This document shows positions 50,582 through 63,110 of a DNA stretch of 64,000 nt, in pieces. The stretch covers positions 85,064,001 through 85,128,000 of the forward strand of contig CM060731.1 of the NCBI GenBank assembly GCA_030704615.1, read 5' to 3'. Source of the stretch: Takakia lepidozioides (lineage: Eukaryota > Plantae > Bryophyta). Each line of letters begins with the position of its first letter. Within the stretch, counting starts at the first letter, position 1. The notes beneath the pieces are model-generated. The model made no database searches, had not been told where the DNA came from, and worked only from the letters and a program-made list of their open reading frames with translations. Both the position numbers and the translations under genes were made by a program.

Positions 50582-53500
50582 ATGGGGTCGGGCAAGCCGA
50601 AGCGAAAGCGGAACGGCCCAAAAGATGATGATCCTGGTGAGCCCGATGGGGGCGACGTGTCACCGAAGCAGCCGTTTGAGGAAGCGATGCATGTTTCCGA
50701 AAACGAGGCCGCTCAAGAGCGGGAGGAATCCGAGGAGTCGGAGCCCAATGAATCCTTGAGAGCTCCGACAAACCAAGAGATGCCTCCCATGCCGGCAGCC
50801 TTTTGGGAAGGGTTGTTGGCGCAGTTTGGCGGGACGTTGAAAGACGTGTTGAAGGCGGCTAATGCCACTTCCACTAAGGCAAAGTTTAAGGTGAAGCCTA
50901 AGGAACCCGGCACCTTTGAGGGCGTCCAAAATCGGAAGGCACTCAACACCTGGCTCCTGGAGCTAGAGCAGTACTTCCGGGTGGCCAAGTTGAGTGACGA
51001 GGATCGGGTGGAAGTGGCTCCCACCTATTTGAGGGGCTATGCTCAACAATGGTGGCAGAAACGCCTTCACGACCGAGGCCCAAGCCCGGAAACCTTGAAC
51101 TGGAGTGGGTTCAAGGAATTGATGAAGAGACAGTTTGTGCCCCTCAACGCGTCCTGGCTTGCCCGGGACAAGATGAGGAATTTGAAGCAAACAGATGACA
51201 TTCGGGGGTATGTCCAGGCTTTCAATGGGCTGTTGCTCGAAGTCGCGGACATGGCAGAACCAGAAATGGTCTTCAACTTTGTGGCGGGACTGGCCCCATG
51301 GGCCAGGCGGAAGTTGGAGGAGAAGCCACCCAAGACTTTGAACGAGGCAATTGAGAGGCTGAATGTTTCTCGGATGTCCCTAGGGGTGAGAGACAAGGCC
51401 GTACAGAGCTGAACCACAAGAAGACCCGGCGGGAAGGTGACTCCTTCCGACCGGAAAGAAGTGGGATAGGCCACGCGGCGACAATGGCACGTGGAAATCG
51501 AAGGGAGGGCCTTCACACGTCAAGGCGGCACCCGGTGCTTCGAAAGGAAAAGTAGGTGGAGCAACTTATGGCGGACAGAAGGCGACCTTTGATGGAGTGT
51601 GTTTCAATTGCGGGGAGCCCGGGCACATGGCCAAGAAGTGCACAAAACCTCGACAATTGAACATGACTCGAGCAACCACGGAGCTGTCGGAAGATACCAT
51701 CAGTCGCTTGGTGGAAGCGGTGGTCGCCAGGACTTGCAAGGTAGGCAACTATTATTGTGAGTTGTATCAGGAAACTGGCGCCCTGCGTAAAGGGAGTCAG
51801 TTATTGTTCGTGGATGGGATAATATCCGGAACTAATGTGTCGTTGTTGGTGGACACAGGAGCGTTGCACTCCTTCATGACACCGGCAGCGGCGCAAAAGT
51901 TGGGACTCCCGACAAGTGACGTGGGGGCCTCTATTGAGGTGCGTTCTGCCAAAGGAGAACCACAGTTGGCGACAAGGTTGGCGTTTGATGTTCCTCTTCA
52001 ACTGGGGAGTTGGGAGGGACGTGAGAACTTCACCATCTGCGAGATCGATGGAGTGGATCTCATTTTGGGGATGACCTTTTTGAGCAAATCCGGAGCGGTC
52101 ATAGATGGCCGCAAGAGAGTGATCACGCTGCCATGTGGGAATGGTGGCGAGGTTTTACGAGTGTCGGAAACGCCCAAATCCGTGGGAGGGCGAATAAACC
52201 TTCTGTCAGCAAGGGAGTGGGCCGTGGAGGAGGCACACGAGCCCCAGTTTTTGCTTTACATTAGAGAAGTGAAGGGAGAAGGCGATGGGGAGCCGAGCCC
52301 AGATTGGATCAAGGGGATCTTGGAGAAATACCAGGATGTGATGCCGGAGGATTTACCAAGCGGCCTGCCACCGCGAAGAGGAGTTGACCACAAGATTGAG
52401 GTGATACCGGGATCGGAACCGCCTGCCAAGGCACCCTACCGGTTGAGCCACAGGGAGTTGGTCGAGCTGAAGACTCAGCTCAAGGATCTAATGTCAAAAG
52501 GGTACATCCGGCCGAGTAAGTCACCTTATGGAGCCCTGGTGCTATTCGCAGACAAGAAGGATGGGACGCTACGGATGTGTGTCGATTACAGGGCTTTGAA
52601 TAAGGTGACTATTAAAAACCGGTACCCTTTGCCAAGGATCGACGACCTTTTCGACCAGTTGGCAGGAGCGAAGTATTTCAGCCGGATCGACTTGCGCTCC
52701 GGCTATCATCAAATTCGGGTGGCGGAAGGAGATGAGGAGAAGACCGCGTGCAGGACAAGGTATGGTTCATATGAGTTCTTGGTGATGCCTTTTGGGCTCA
52801 CTAATGCACCGACGACCTTTAGCACGCTGATGAACAGCCTTTTTCAAGAGTGGTTGGATGACTTTGTGATCGTGTACATCGACGACATCTTGGTGTACTC
52901 GAAAACAAAGGAGGAACACCTGGAGCACCTCAAAAGGGTGTTCCAAAAGTTGCGGGAAGGGAAGCTGTACGCCAAAGCTTCAAAATGCAAATTCGGGGTC
53001 ACGAAAGTGGAGTTCTTGGGGCATGTGATTACACAGGATGGGATCAAAATGGATGACAGAAAGGTGAGGGCGATCTTGGACTGGGAGCCTCCGACTTCGG
53101 TCTCGGGAGTGCGATCCTTCCTAGGACTCGCCTCCTATTATCGGAAGTATGTGAGAAATTTCGCCAAGATCGCGGGGCCGCTGTCGGACCTTCTGTGTAA
53201 ATCCAAAGTCTGGGTATGGAACACATTTTGTGGCCAAGCTTTTGCTGAATTGAAGCAGCGGATGGCGGAAGCTCCAGTCTTGAAAATCCCGGAGTTCGAT
53301 CGTCCATTTGAGATTCATACAGATGCGTCGGACTTCGCGATTGGGGGTGTACTTATGCAAGATGAACGTCTAGTGGCTTACGAAAGTAAGAAACTGAATG
53401 AAGTGGAGCGACGGTGGCCGACGCACGAAAAAGAGATGAAGGCGGTGGTGCACTGTCTTGAGCTTTGGCGCCACTATGTTGGTTCCAACCCAGTGAAGGT

Positions 53501-55142
53501 GTTCACGGACAATGTCACGGTGAAGTATTTTGCCACGCAGCCCAAGTTGTCCCCAAAACAACTTAGGTGGCAAGATACTTTGGCGGTGTTCGACGTGGAT
53601 ATCCAGTACAAACCGGGACGAGACAACGTGGTGGCCGATGCTTTAAGTAGAAAGCAGCAGCTCTTGTTGGTGTACAAGGGCGAGACGGCGCTCCAAAGGA
53701 AGATCCGGAAGGCTTACCGGAAGGATGAGCTGGCGAAGTCCGTGATGCAGGACTTGAGGATGGGGGTTAAATCGCAGTTCCACTTGCAAAATGGACTGCT
53801 CCGGTATAAGCAAAAGCGTCTCTATGTGCCGAAGGGAGGGATCAGAGATAGCCTCTTGAGAGAATGCCATGATAGCCCGCTTGCGGGCCACGACGGAGCC
53901 AAGCGCACTGCGGCACTCCTGAAGAAAGAGTATTTCTGGCCCAAACTGAGGGAGGAGGCAGAGGAGTATGTCAAGACATGCACCACATGCCAACAAAACC
54001 GGAGCGAGTACAAAAAGCAAGCGGGGCTGTTACAACCCTTGCCGATTCCAGAGGGGACTTGGGAAAGCGTCTTGATGGATTTCATGACTGCTATGCCGCT
54101 GTCAAAAGGATTCGATGCAATCATGGTGGTGGTGGATAGGTTCAGTAAAATGGGCCATTTCATCCCCACCAAGGAGACGGCAACGGCGCAGGAGACAGGG
54201 CGACTTTACTTCGCCCACGTCTTAAAGCATCATGGAGTCCCGAAGGATATTGTCTCGGATCGCGATCCAAAGTTTACGAGTAAATTTTGGAGGACACTTT
54301 GGAAGAAGATGGGGACGAGGCTGAAGATGAGCACCGCCTTCCGACCTACGACGGACGGCCAAACGGAAAGAGTGAATTCCGTAGTGAAGCAATTCTTGCG
54401 GAATTACGTGTCGGCAGACCAATCAGACTGGATGGAACACTTAGACGCGGCAGAGTTCTGTTATAATAACACAGAACACTCCGCAACGGGAGTTTCCCCT
54501 TTCGTATTGGTCTATGGAAAAGCACCTCTGGTGCCGACCAGTTGGGCCGCCCAGGACGTTGAGGAACCGGCAGTAGCGGCGTACTGGAAGAACGCGAGCG
54601 TTTGTTGAAGCTCGCAAAGTACAATATTGCCAAAGCTAGGAAACGGTATGAAAGGCAGGCGAATCGGAAGCGGAGGGAAGTGAAGTTTGAGGCAGGCACA
54701 GAGGTCTGGTTGGAACATCAAGAATTTCCGACTACCTCCGGAAGTGAGTCCGAAGTTCGTACCTCCGTATGCAGGACCCTTTCGCATTCGGAAGGTTATG
54801 AATGAGGATGTGTATGAATTGGAGCTGCCGGCAAACAGCAAGGTGCACCCAGTATTCCATATCTCCCTTTTGAAGCCTTACTTCAAAGATGAAGCGCGTC
54901 CGAATCGGCATCAAGTGTTGCGTCCGCCACCTATGCTGTTGGATCATGAAAATGAACCTGAGTACGAGGTGGAGGCAATACTTAAGTCGAGGAGGTTCAA
55001 GAACCGAGAAACGGAGTATCTCGTCAAATGGAAGGGCTATCATCATGTGGAGGCATCTTGGGTGCGTGCCTCAGAAATGGGAAACGCATCCGAGGCGGTT
55101 GCAGCTTTCGAAGGGCGACCTCAAAAGCTGAAGAAGCGTTGA
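50582..55142 (+). CDS. gag-pol polyprotein (apparently one ORF broken by single-base indels)
   Basis: ORFs 50582-51412, 51597-54608 and 54687-55142 contain CCHC, DTGA, YIDD, RNase H (TDAS...NVVADALSR), HHCC/DDE integrase and a chromodomain. Confidence 0.93.
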
Positions 55143-56773
55143 TGGGGACATCAACCTTGGAGCGTGGGGGAGGAAATGCATGCTTAGCCCGGCTTAGCTA
55201 GCTTAGGATCCGATTACAAAAACTTGTATTGTACAAAAATTTGTTATAAAGGAAATGGGTTCCAAATGTTGTGCGTCCTATTTTGTTTGGAATGGTGATG
55301 CATGATATGGTTGGCTAGTGTGTAGAATGCATGCTAGCTTATAAAAGTGGGAGAGGTAAATTGGGTTAATCGTGTGTTTGTGTAGTGCCGAAATCGGATG
55401 ACCCCCATCCGAGGGGCAAGGAAACTTGTGCCTTCCTTGGGAGTTCACGTGCTAGTGCGCACCTGGCGTGTGCGCGTACTATAACTGCGCTACCGAGGGG
55501 GTTGCCTTGTAGTGCGGGCTAACGCAGAAGCTACGTGCTTCTGTTCACGTACTATAATCGTGTAGCCTCGGGACGAAGTCATAGTGCGGCTTCGGCGTGT
55601 TCCCGTACCTCAGGCCAGCATTCCAAGGCAGACCCAATTGTAGTGATTGGGGCGCACGGTTGGTTCAAGGTTATCTTCCTAGTCAAAGAGGGTTCCAGGA
55701 ACCCTTGCTCAAGGTGATGCCAAAAGCGGCATCATGAGCGATCGCAAGCAATGTTGTTGCAGTAAGGCGATTCGATCCTCAAGGAGGATCGTTCCTTGGC
55801 CTTGAAGTAGGCCAAGAAGAGTGCACTGGGAGGAGCTGGAGAGGCTCCACCCTTGGCCGGGACTTGGAGGAAGTCGGCCGACCTAGCTAGTGGAGAGTAG
55901 AGTCAAGTGTGGGGTTTGGTTCTTTGCCATGGGACGCCATGGTGCGGAAACAAACTCCTTGATGTGGGATGCCACAACTTGGATGTTCGTTTCTACAAAA
56001 TGGACAAGTCGATGAGGACATCGACTCCCTGTTGGTAGGGGTGTGTGTCGCGGCCCTTTGCCTTGAGGGCAGGGGGTCGGGACACATGAGGGGCTGCCCC
56101 TGTGGTGGGGGCAGCGGCAGCGATAGGTATGGGGGGCTGAAGCACCCTTGAGTGCCCAAGGCACTCAAGGAGGCGGAGGTGCTCACTAGGTGGAGCCCCG
56201 CACACCGGGTTGCGGTGGGGTGGCTCCACAAGGGGTGGTGGTAGCTTAGCGGGACTTAGTGGGGGTGGCATAGGACTCACCATGGGGGCGGAGACCTCGT
56301 GGTGGGAGTCGTGGGGAGTCTTGGGACTCATCACGGTCCATAGGGGCCGTGGTGAGTGGGCCAAGACTCACCGCGACTCATCACCGGGAGTCGGGGGTTT
56401 TCGTGGTGGTTCGCCATAAAATGCATGGCTGGTTATGAAACCCCCGCGGACAGCTACAGAAGTATATATAGGGAGTAGTAACCCCGAGAACGGTGCAAGC
56501 CCGTTGGTGACCAAAAACTAGTGAGTAAGCGAGCGAGCCGGAAAGCGACCAAAGAGTGGGGAGCTGTTCCGGACTGCCATCTACCAAAGGGAATTCCACT
56601 AGTCCCAAATAGGTGGAGGGTTTAGTGGGAAGCGAAGGGGGACCGTTATGTCCCGGTGAGCAGCCGAAGCTCCAAGTTGGCCCGGCGGCCAGGTTGGGAG
56701 TCAGGCGCGCGCATCAAAGCGAGTAACTATGACGTGAAGGGGAGCTTACCGAAGGGAGGTGCGCGACACCGTG

Positions 56774-58166
56774 GTACCACTCCCACGAGCCTTCACGGCC
56801 CGCCATCCCCACGATCTGGTCACCGTGCCCACCCGTTGTGTCCGCACCACAGCTTCCAACGGTCACGGTCAGCAGTCACGGCCCATCACGGCCACTATTC
56901 CCTGCGTTCCCTGGAACTCCCAACGAGTTCCCATGCGTTCCCGGGCGTTCCCGAGCTGGGGTTTGCTCCTGCACCTGCTGCCGATGAGCTATGGCTTCTG
57001 CGGAGCCATCAACCCCGTCGCCCTGCACTCCTGAGCTCTCACGGCCCACTAGAAGCGCCCCCAACACAACAAGCAAGCTATATGCTGCCCAACAAGCTCC
57101 ATTTCTTCATGAAGCTCACAAAAACGAATCTGAAAATACACACCTTTACAAACTTGGAGCACCTACAGTTCTACTGCACATTCCCTAGCTCTAGGACGCC
57201 TTGTTGCTGCCCTTCCAGCCCCCCGCTCTTGCCACTCCAAGAGCCCTTACACTGTTGAGTTTCAGATTGAAACTCCAACTCAGCACATGTTTCACAAGTG
57301 CACTGATTTGCACACAAGAGGGACCTGCCCCCTCTCTTCACTCATACCTCTTCATGAGTTTGGAGTTGAAGCTCCTAACGGGCTGCGATGCATCCCCTCG
57401 CAGCTCCACTATTCGGCTGCTCCTCATCTACCCGCAACAACTAGTTTCGGGCAGAAATACCTGGAGCTGATCATATCATCTCCAACCTGCAACACGCTAG
57501 TTTCCCATGCGCAGCCCACATTTCTGCAGCTCCTTAACTCGGCCTGCAGCTGAAGAAGATGACCACCAGTTCGCCCACTCGTGGCCAACATCTCCTCCGC
57601 TTCACACTAGAAGCCCAAACTTGGTTGCCATAGCGTTGAGCTATGCAACGCCGCTCTTCAACATAGGCTACCCGCCTCTCTATCCATGGCAAACCTGCAA
57701 TCTGTTTGCCTTTGCACTCTATCCGCTTTGGATAGGCTCATGCACGGCTCCCTGCACTCTAGGCTGAACCGCTTCTCATGATCTGAAAACACAAGTGCTA
57801 CAACTAACTCGAACCTGGCACTCATAGACTCGAGCTGATCTTTCTCGAGTGATAAAGAAAGGAATAATACAAGCATACAAGCTCTCTCAAACTCACACAC
57901 TTGCACATGAAAACATCACTCTTATATTAAGTCGAGCCAAGTGCACCCCACACCATGGGGAATCCACACTACAGCGCCATAGCTAGACGCGATGATTCTC
58001 AACTCGAGAAAGATGAGCCCACCGCGATCTGCCGTGAAGATACCAACGCCAGGTGCCCAAACATGTATTGGTCCCTGGATTGATACTTGGGTCAATCCCA
58101 AATGTCAATATATAAAAGCTAGTTATTTCCTAGCTAACTTCACACTAGTGGTAAAATAACTTGACA
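56774..58166 (-). mobile_element. Long LTR-like sequence (family B), interrupted by the chromovirus and continuing left of 49798
   Basis: Begins TGTCAAGTTATTTTACCACTAGTGTG on the minus strand at 58166 and is homologous to 63111-64000(+). Confidence 0.65.
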
Positions 58167-58299
58167 AATTTTTTCAAGGATGGAAGTTGGGACAACAATT
58201 CCATAAACCCAGTGTCCAGAGGGAGAGAGAGGGAGAGAGAGGGAGAGGGAGAGTTTTGTTTCCTGATCTCTCCCTCTCACTCCTTCTCTCTGTCCCTCT

Positions 58300-60380
58300 C
58301 CTCCCTTGGGATATGTTCATATGCTCTATCCCAACAAAGGAATGGAATGGGTCAATGTCAAAGGTCTCATCAAAGAAGCTTTGGAATTTTTTGAACAGCC
58401 TGGTTAATGTCTATTGCTTGATGATGTTGTGTTTGGATGGACTTATCACAAGCAGTGCAATCTGGAATACTACCAACCTGCTTCCGTCTTCCGTAACTTC
58501 AGTTTCTCACAGGATTTGACACCCAATCATCCATGTCTATGTGAGAGCACCAATAGATTTAAAAAGTTTTGCGACAGTGATACACTGGCAGAATTCCACA
58601 TGCCTGGTGACTCTCACACTCTACATGTACGGACAATGGACCTCACCATTATCCGACACCATGGTTTGAGGAAGCTATTTGGGCTAGGTATGAATCATAT
58701 CCCTTTGAGAAAAACTCTACTGAAAGAGATAGTAGAGGAGGTATCTCTAGCTTTTTGGAAAACATGTGAAATATTGGATGTATCAGAATCTGATCCCTGG
58801 GTATCTGAATGCCATGAATGGCTCAAGCAAACCTGCTGGGACAGATTAAAGAAAAAAACATACAAGGGAATTTTCTCACAACACGAGAAAAATCCCCTTG
58901 AGATGGCGGATGCCCAAGACGAACTAGCTTGGCTTCGAAGTCATCTGTATATGTCAGGCTTGGACAAAGCTAACAATAATGTTTGTTTCATGTGTGTGAA
59001 GCATATCAGAACACAAGCCTTTCACAGGCTGATGGGTAAGGACTTTAAGCCATGCATCCAAAATGAGGTATGGACTCCACCCACAGAAATCAGGGATTCC
59101 TTGACTAATGATTTAGAAAGGACGATTCCTGAACTGTCCACTGAAATCTCTGCTCTACCATACATCATGGGGATCTATAAACTACACAAGAAAAAATACC
59201 GGTGGATCACTAATGCCCACAAATGTATTTTTAGTGGGCTAGCAAGTTTACTTACTTGTGCCACTATGACTCTTTTGCCGCTTGTGAAAGAGTGGGTAAA
59301 AATGAAGCTGGACACCTATGAAAAATTTCTTTAAGTCTCTACGTCTATGTACTGGATTATAGACAATACTATGGACTTTACCCTGAATTTACGTGACAAG
59401 ATACATAGCATATTTGTGGCTGTCATCACCCAATGCTATGAGAATATACCCTTATCAGGAGAAGATAACCTAGGTGCAGCCATTGCTTATGTGATTAAAA
59501 TTGCCTTTAAGCAATATCACGCATCTCGACCTAGGTCCCAGCATGTTTTATGGATCCAAACAAATGAAGGAAAATTTGGGAAGTGTAGGTGGGGACCTAC
59601 TTCCCCTAAACCTGGCAGTTGGATTGAGCTGTCTGAAGCAAGGTTGCTCGAGCTCCACGGCTGGTTGATGTCCCATTGCTTTGTTGCTTTAGGGGACCGG
59701 GTATGACAGCAAATATCAGGTATCCCTATGGGCTTTTCTTGTTCACCTTTATGGTGCAATTTTTTTTTTTATCCTATGAAATCCGGTTCATTTTAAGATT
59801 GGCTACACTCGGGGAATCACAACTGATGGCCAAGTTCGAATCAGCTTTCCGTTACATTGATGACATATGCTGGCTTAATGCAGGAAATGCTCTAATGTTT
59901 CTGAATCCCTCAGCTGATCGTAGTAGTTCCAACCCATGGTGGATATATCCTTTGAATGTGGTCGAAATTAAGCCTGAAATATTGAGAACCAAATCTGAGT
60001 CTCAAGATGAAGGCCTGGAAGCTTGTTTTATGAACATCCAATTATCAGTTGTGAATGAGGAGACAGGTGAATTCCACGTCCAGAAATATGACAAGAGAAG
60101 GGCTCTCCCTTTCTCATATACCCAATACATTCAGTTCAGGTCAAACCGACCAGTGAACCAATCATACAATGTGGTGATATCTCAGGCTGTACCCATGTTA
60201 TATATTTCCAGTACTGTTCAATCTGCCTAGAAAGAGTGTGGGATTCTGATTGACACCTTAGGAAAAAATGGCTTCAAAACGGACAAGTTGTTACGAATAT
60301 TACTAAGGCTCCTTGAAGAAGGAACTTTTCCTGGTATACACTTCCAGATTGCTGATATGGTTAACATGCTCAGAGGTAAG
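58300..60380 (+). pseudogene. Penelope-like element reverse transcriptase, Naiad/Chlamys type, 5'-truncated and disrupted
   Basis: NKG...CLC...HVRTMDL..I....LR...DKANNN...LPYIMGIYKLHK...YRWI...YWIIDN...QISGIPMGFSCSPL...FRYIDD...IYP...YDKRR...SN. There are 3 stops and about 2 frameshifts. An inverted piece of R sits at the 5' junction (58167-58240). Confidence 0.85.
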
Positions 60381-60442
60381 CACTATCTTTATCAACCTAA
60401 ATGATTTCAAAGATTGATTTCATTTTGCTTGTTCTAAATCAC

Positions 60443-61113
60443 CCAGCTTGACTAAGGGTAGCCTGATAATCCTTTACGGGACATCTTCCGAAGGATTGGC
60501 CTAGGAGCAGGGAGAGATTACCCTTTTGGAGAGGAGTCTGGTATGCATTCCCTTACGGGGTGAGTGCATACCACACTCACTCCGTAAGGGCCTGCCATAC
60601 CAGGGGTTGGATGGTGGGATTCCCTCTCTCTCCCTCTCTCTCCCTCTGGAAACTGGGTTTATGGAATTGTTGTCCCGACTTCCATTTTTGAAAAATTTGA
60701 AAAATTTGGGTTGCAGGGAATTTTAGATGTTTTTCATCCTGAATACATTTCTTTTTTCCTAGTGAAACATTTCTTCACTAATACATGTGAGGTTTTGCTT
60801 CATCCGGACATCAACCCGGAATATACTGATTTGCAAAACTCCCGTCAGTATTTATTTTTTCAATCCAACCTGGATGAAAAAAGGACTTCATCTGACAGGA
60901 CCTAAATACGGGACAAGACAGGTATACATTTTTTTTTTTTAAAAACCCCGATGTTTTTCATCTAACCTAGATGAAAAACGGACTACATTCGTCGAGTTCA
61001 AGACAGGATGAAAACACGATGTTTTTCATCTTCCGCGAATGAGAAACGGACAACGTCCGTCGGGCGTACAGGCTGGCGGATGTTTTTCATCCTAAGAATG
61101 ATGAATGACGAGC
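60443..61113 (+). repeat. Structured terminal repeat R downstream of the Penelope-like RT
   Basis: Reverse complement of 46917-47584. It contains interleaved inverted repeats and multiple GATGTTTTTCATC/GATGAAAAAC motifs. Confidence 0.92.
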
Positions 61114-62552
61114 CAGACAAGGAAAACCCTGCGCAACCCTAATGTCTTTCTTTTTGCGCTGCAAGAGTGCGCGCGATGGCGGCTTAGAGGGAATGATGGT
61201 GCTCGTGCTGCAGATATCATGAGCTGCCAATCCCTGAGTGTTTATGGCTCCTGTGAGCGCTGCCTATGCGGGCTCTTTAAGGCGATGGCGGTGGCTTAGA
61301 GATGAGGGGATTCACTATCTCATTTGTCTGTTTTTTTGCTGCACAAGGGAACCACGGCAGTGATGGCGGAGGTACCACCTGCCTGCTTATGAAGTTTCCC
61401 TAGGAGCCCTCCTCTGGATCTTTGATGAATGGCGGCGTCTTGGTAGAACAAGGAAGTCTCTCTCTCCCTCCCTTTATAAACCCTACCTTTTGAGACCAAG
61501 CTCTTTTTTCTTGTGCTTGGCAAGACGTTGCTTTGGTTAAGGTAGCAGTGCTGTGGTGTTGGCGGAGACCTCCCTGCACGGTTAGGCTTGTGGAGAGATG
61601 GCGACCCTCCCCCAAACAGTAAAAAAGGTTTTTTTTTTTTCTGTTTGTTTTGCTTCCCTGCTTTCTTTGGCATTCTCTGCGCTTAGATTCAATTGTATTT
61701 GACCTCGATAGCAAGTGTGGAAGCCTGCTACTCACCTCGTGCATCCTCACTAACTCACAATGCGTTGTGGTTGTTTTTGGGACGGGCACAGGTGATGGCT
61801 TCCACTTAATATACTGATGTCTAGGTGCTGCTGGATGCCAAGTGGGATTGCAGAGCTGGGGAAGGAATCGCTTGCCATGGACTCATCTTAAAATGTTGAA
61901 AAACTAAACTACTTTATGGTTTTTCTTGATCCTACCTCTTTCCTTCCTTTATTTATGAAGAACAAGTGTAATGCTTTCTACGATGGGCTATTTCGGCCCA
62001 GCCAGTGGAAGACCTCTGCTTTGTTGTGACAGCCGGGTTTATGATGGCTTATGTGAGAGACACACGTCTGTTTTCCAGGCCCTAGTTTGCTTTGCTTACC
62101 TTATGGTAGTTGGAAACAAAATGAGAGGCTGCAAGGAACTGTTTGCTGCAGCTACTCTACTTGAAGAAAAGTGTAATGCTTTCTACGATAGGCTATTTCG
62201 GCCCAGCCAGTGGAAGACCTCTGCTTTGATGACCATTTGACCTGCACCACATCAAGGCCAAGATATGGCCAAGTACCCGCCATCCCACCCAGACCTCTGA
62301 ATGTGTATCATGATCATGAATGATGGTCAACCAGCATCAGTGGCATACTCTTTGGGTTATGAATAATACTGACATGAACACATTACTGTGCATGGATGTA
62401 ATTCTGGATTTTCTAAGCTTGATGATTGATGGATGGTGCCACTGTTAAGTGGCTGATATTTCTGATTATTCTTTCATGACAACGACCCTAGGGGTCCTGT
62501 CTTTGTCTTGACATGACAAAAAGTATCTTCCCTCTATCTCCCTCTCTTTTAA

Positions 62553-63110
62553 GCTCCCGACGAGATGAGTTTAAGGTCAGATGGTGGTGTCAGCTGCAGC
62601 ATATGTCCAACACCAGATCTCCTAAGTTAATCGACTTTATATCTTGGAAACAGGACCGCCCACTTACTGTCAAACAGGCTAAGTCCTGGCAGAAGACAAT
62701 AGAAGATATTCTCAAGGACTTGGACCTGGAACCGCAAGTCTTCACCCTGCTGGATAAATCTGACTTAGAGGCTGTAGTGTCCAACCATGTCTATTGCCAT
62801 GAGATTGTCTGATGAAAATGAAGTTAGGCAAAAAACTTCCCTGAACTTGTTTCCAGCCTATGACATGGGGGAAGACATCTTGGATGACCTCAAGGATCTA
62901 CCCACTCTCGGCACTAGACTGAAATTTAATCTTGGGGCAGGAAGCCTTCCTTTGATAAGCAAACAGAAGCAAAGAGGATCGGGAGAGTGCAATTGCCCGT
63001 TGTGTGGGCAACCTGAAGACATTATTCATTTTCTGATACACTGTCCGGGGTTCTCTCACCAAAGAGACGCTCTCTTCAAATCTATCAAGGGAATTGTGCA
63101 TATACCTCTG
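62553..63110 (+). pseudogene. 3' fragment of a non-LTR (LINE) ORF2 with C-terminal CCHC zinc finger
   Basis: SW...IEDIL..LDL...LKFNL..GSLPL...CPLCGQPEDIIHFLIHCP...R..LF, cut by the family-B insertion at 63111. Confidence 0.7.

Larger units (their letters stand above)
49803..56768 (+). mobile_element. Structurally complete Ty3/Gypsy chromovirus (family A)
   Basis: LTRs 49803-50526 and 56046-56768 (TG...CA), 5-bp TSD CCGTG (49798-49802 and 56769-56773), PBS, gag-PR-RT-RH-IN-chromodomain and PPT. Confidence 0.98.

Noticed and set aside
60455-60500. Hammerhead ribozyme at CCTGATAATCC
   Set aside because: It lacks CUGANGA and a properly placed GAAA, and the other R copy reads CTGGTAA.
46917-61113. 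One giant TIR element (DIRS- or Polinton-like) bounded by inverted R copies
   Set aside because: There is no TSD and no tyrosine recombinase or polB. Element-related sequence continues past 61113, so R behaves as a 3' repeat of each ORF.
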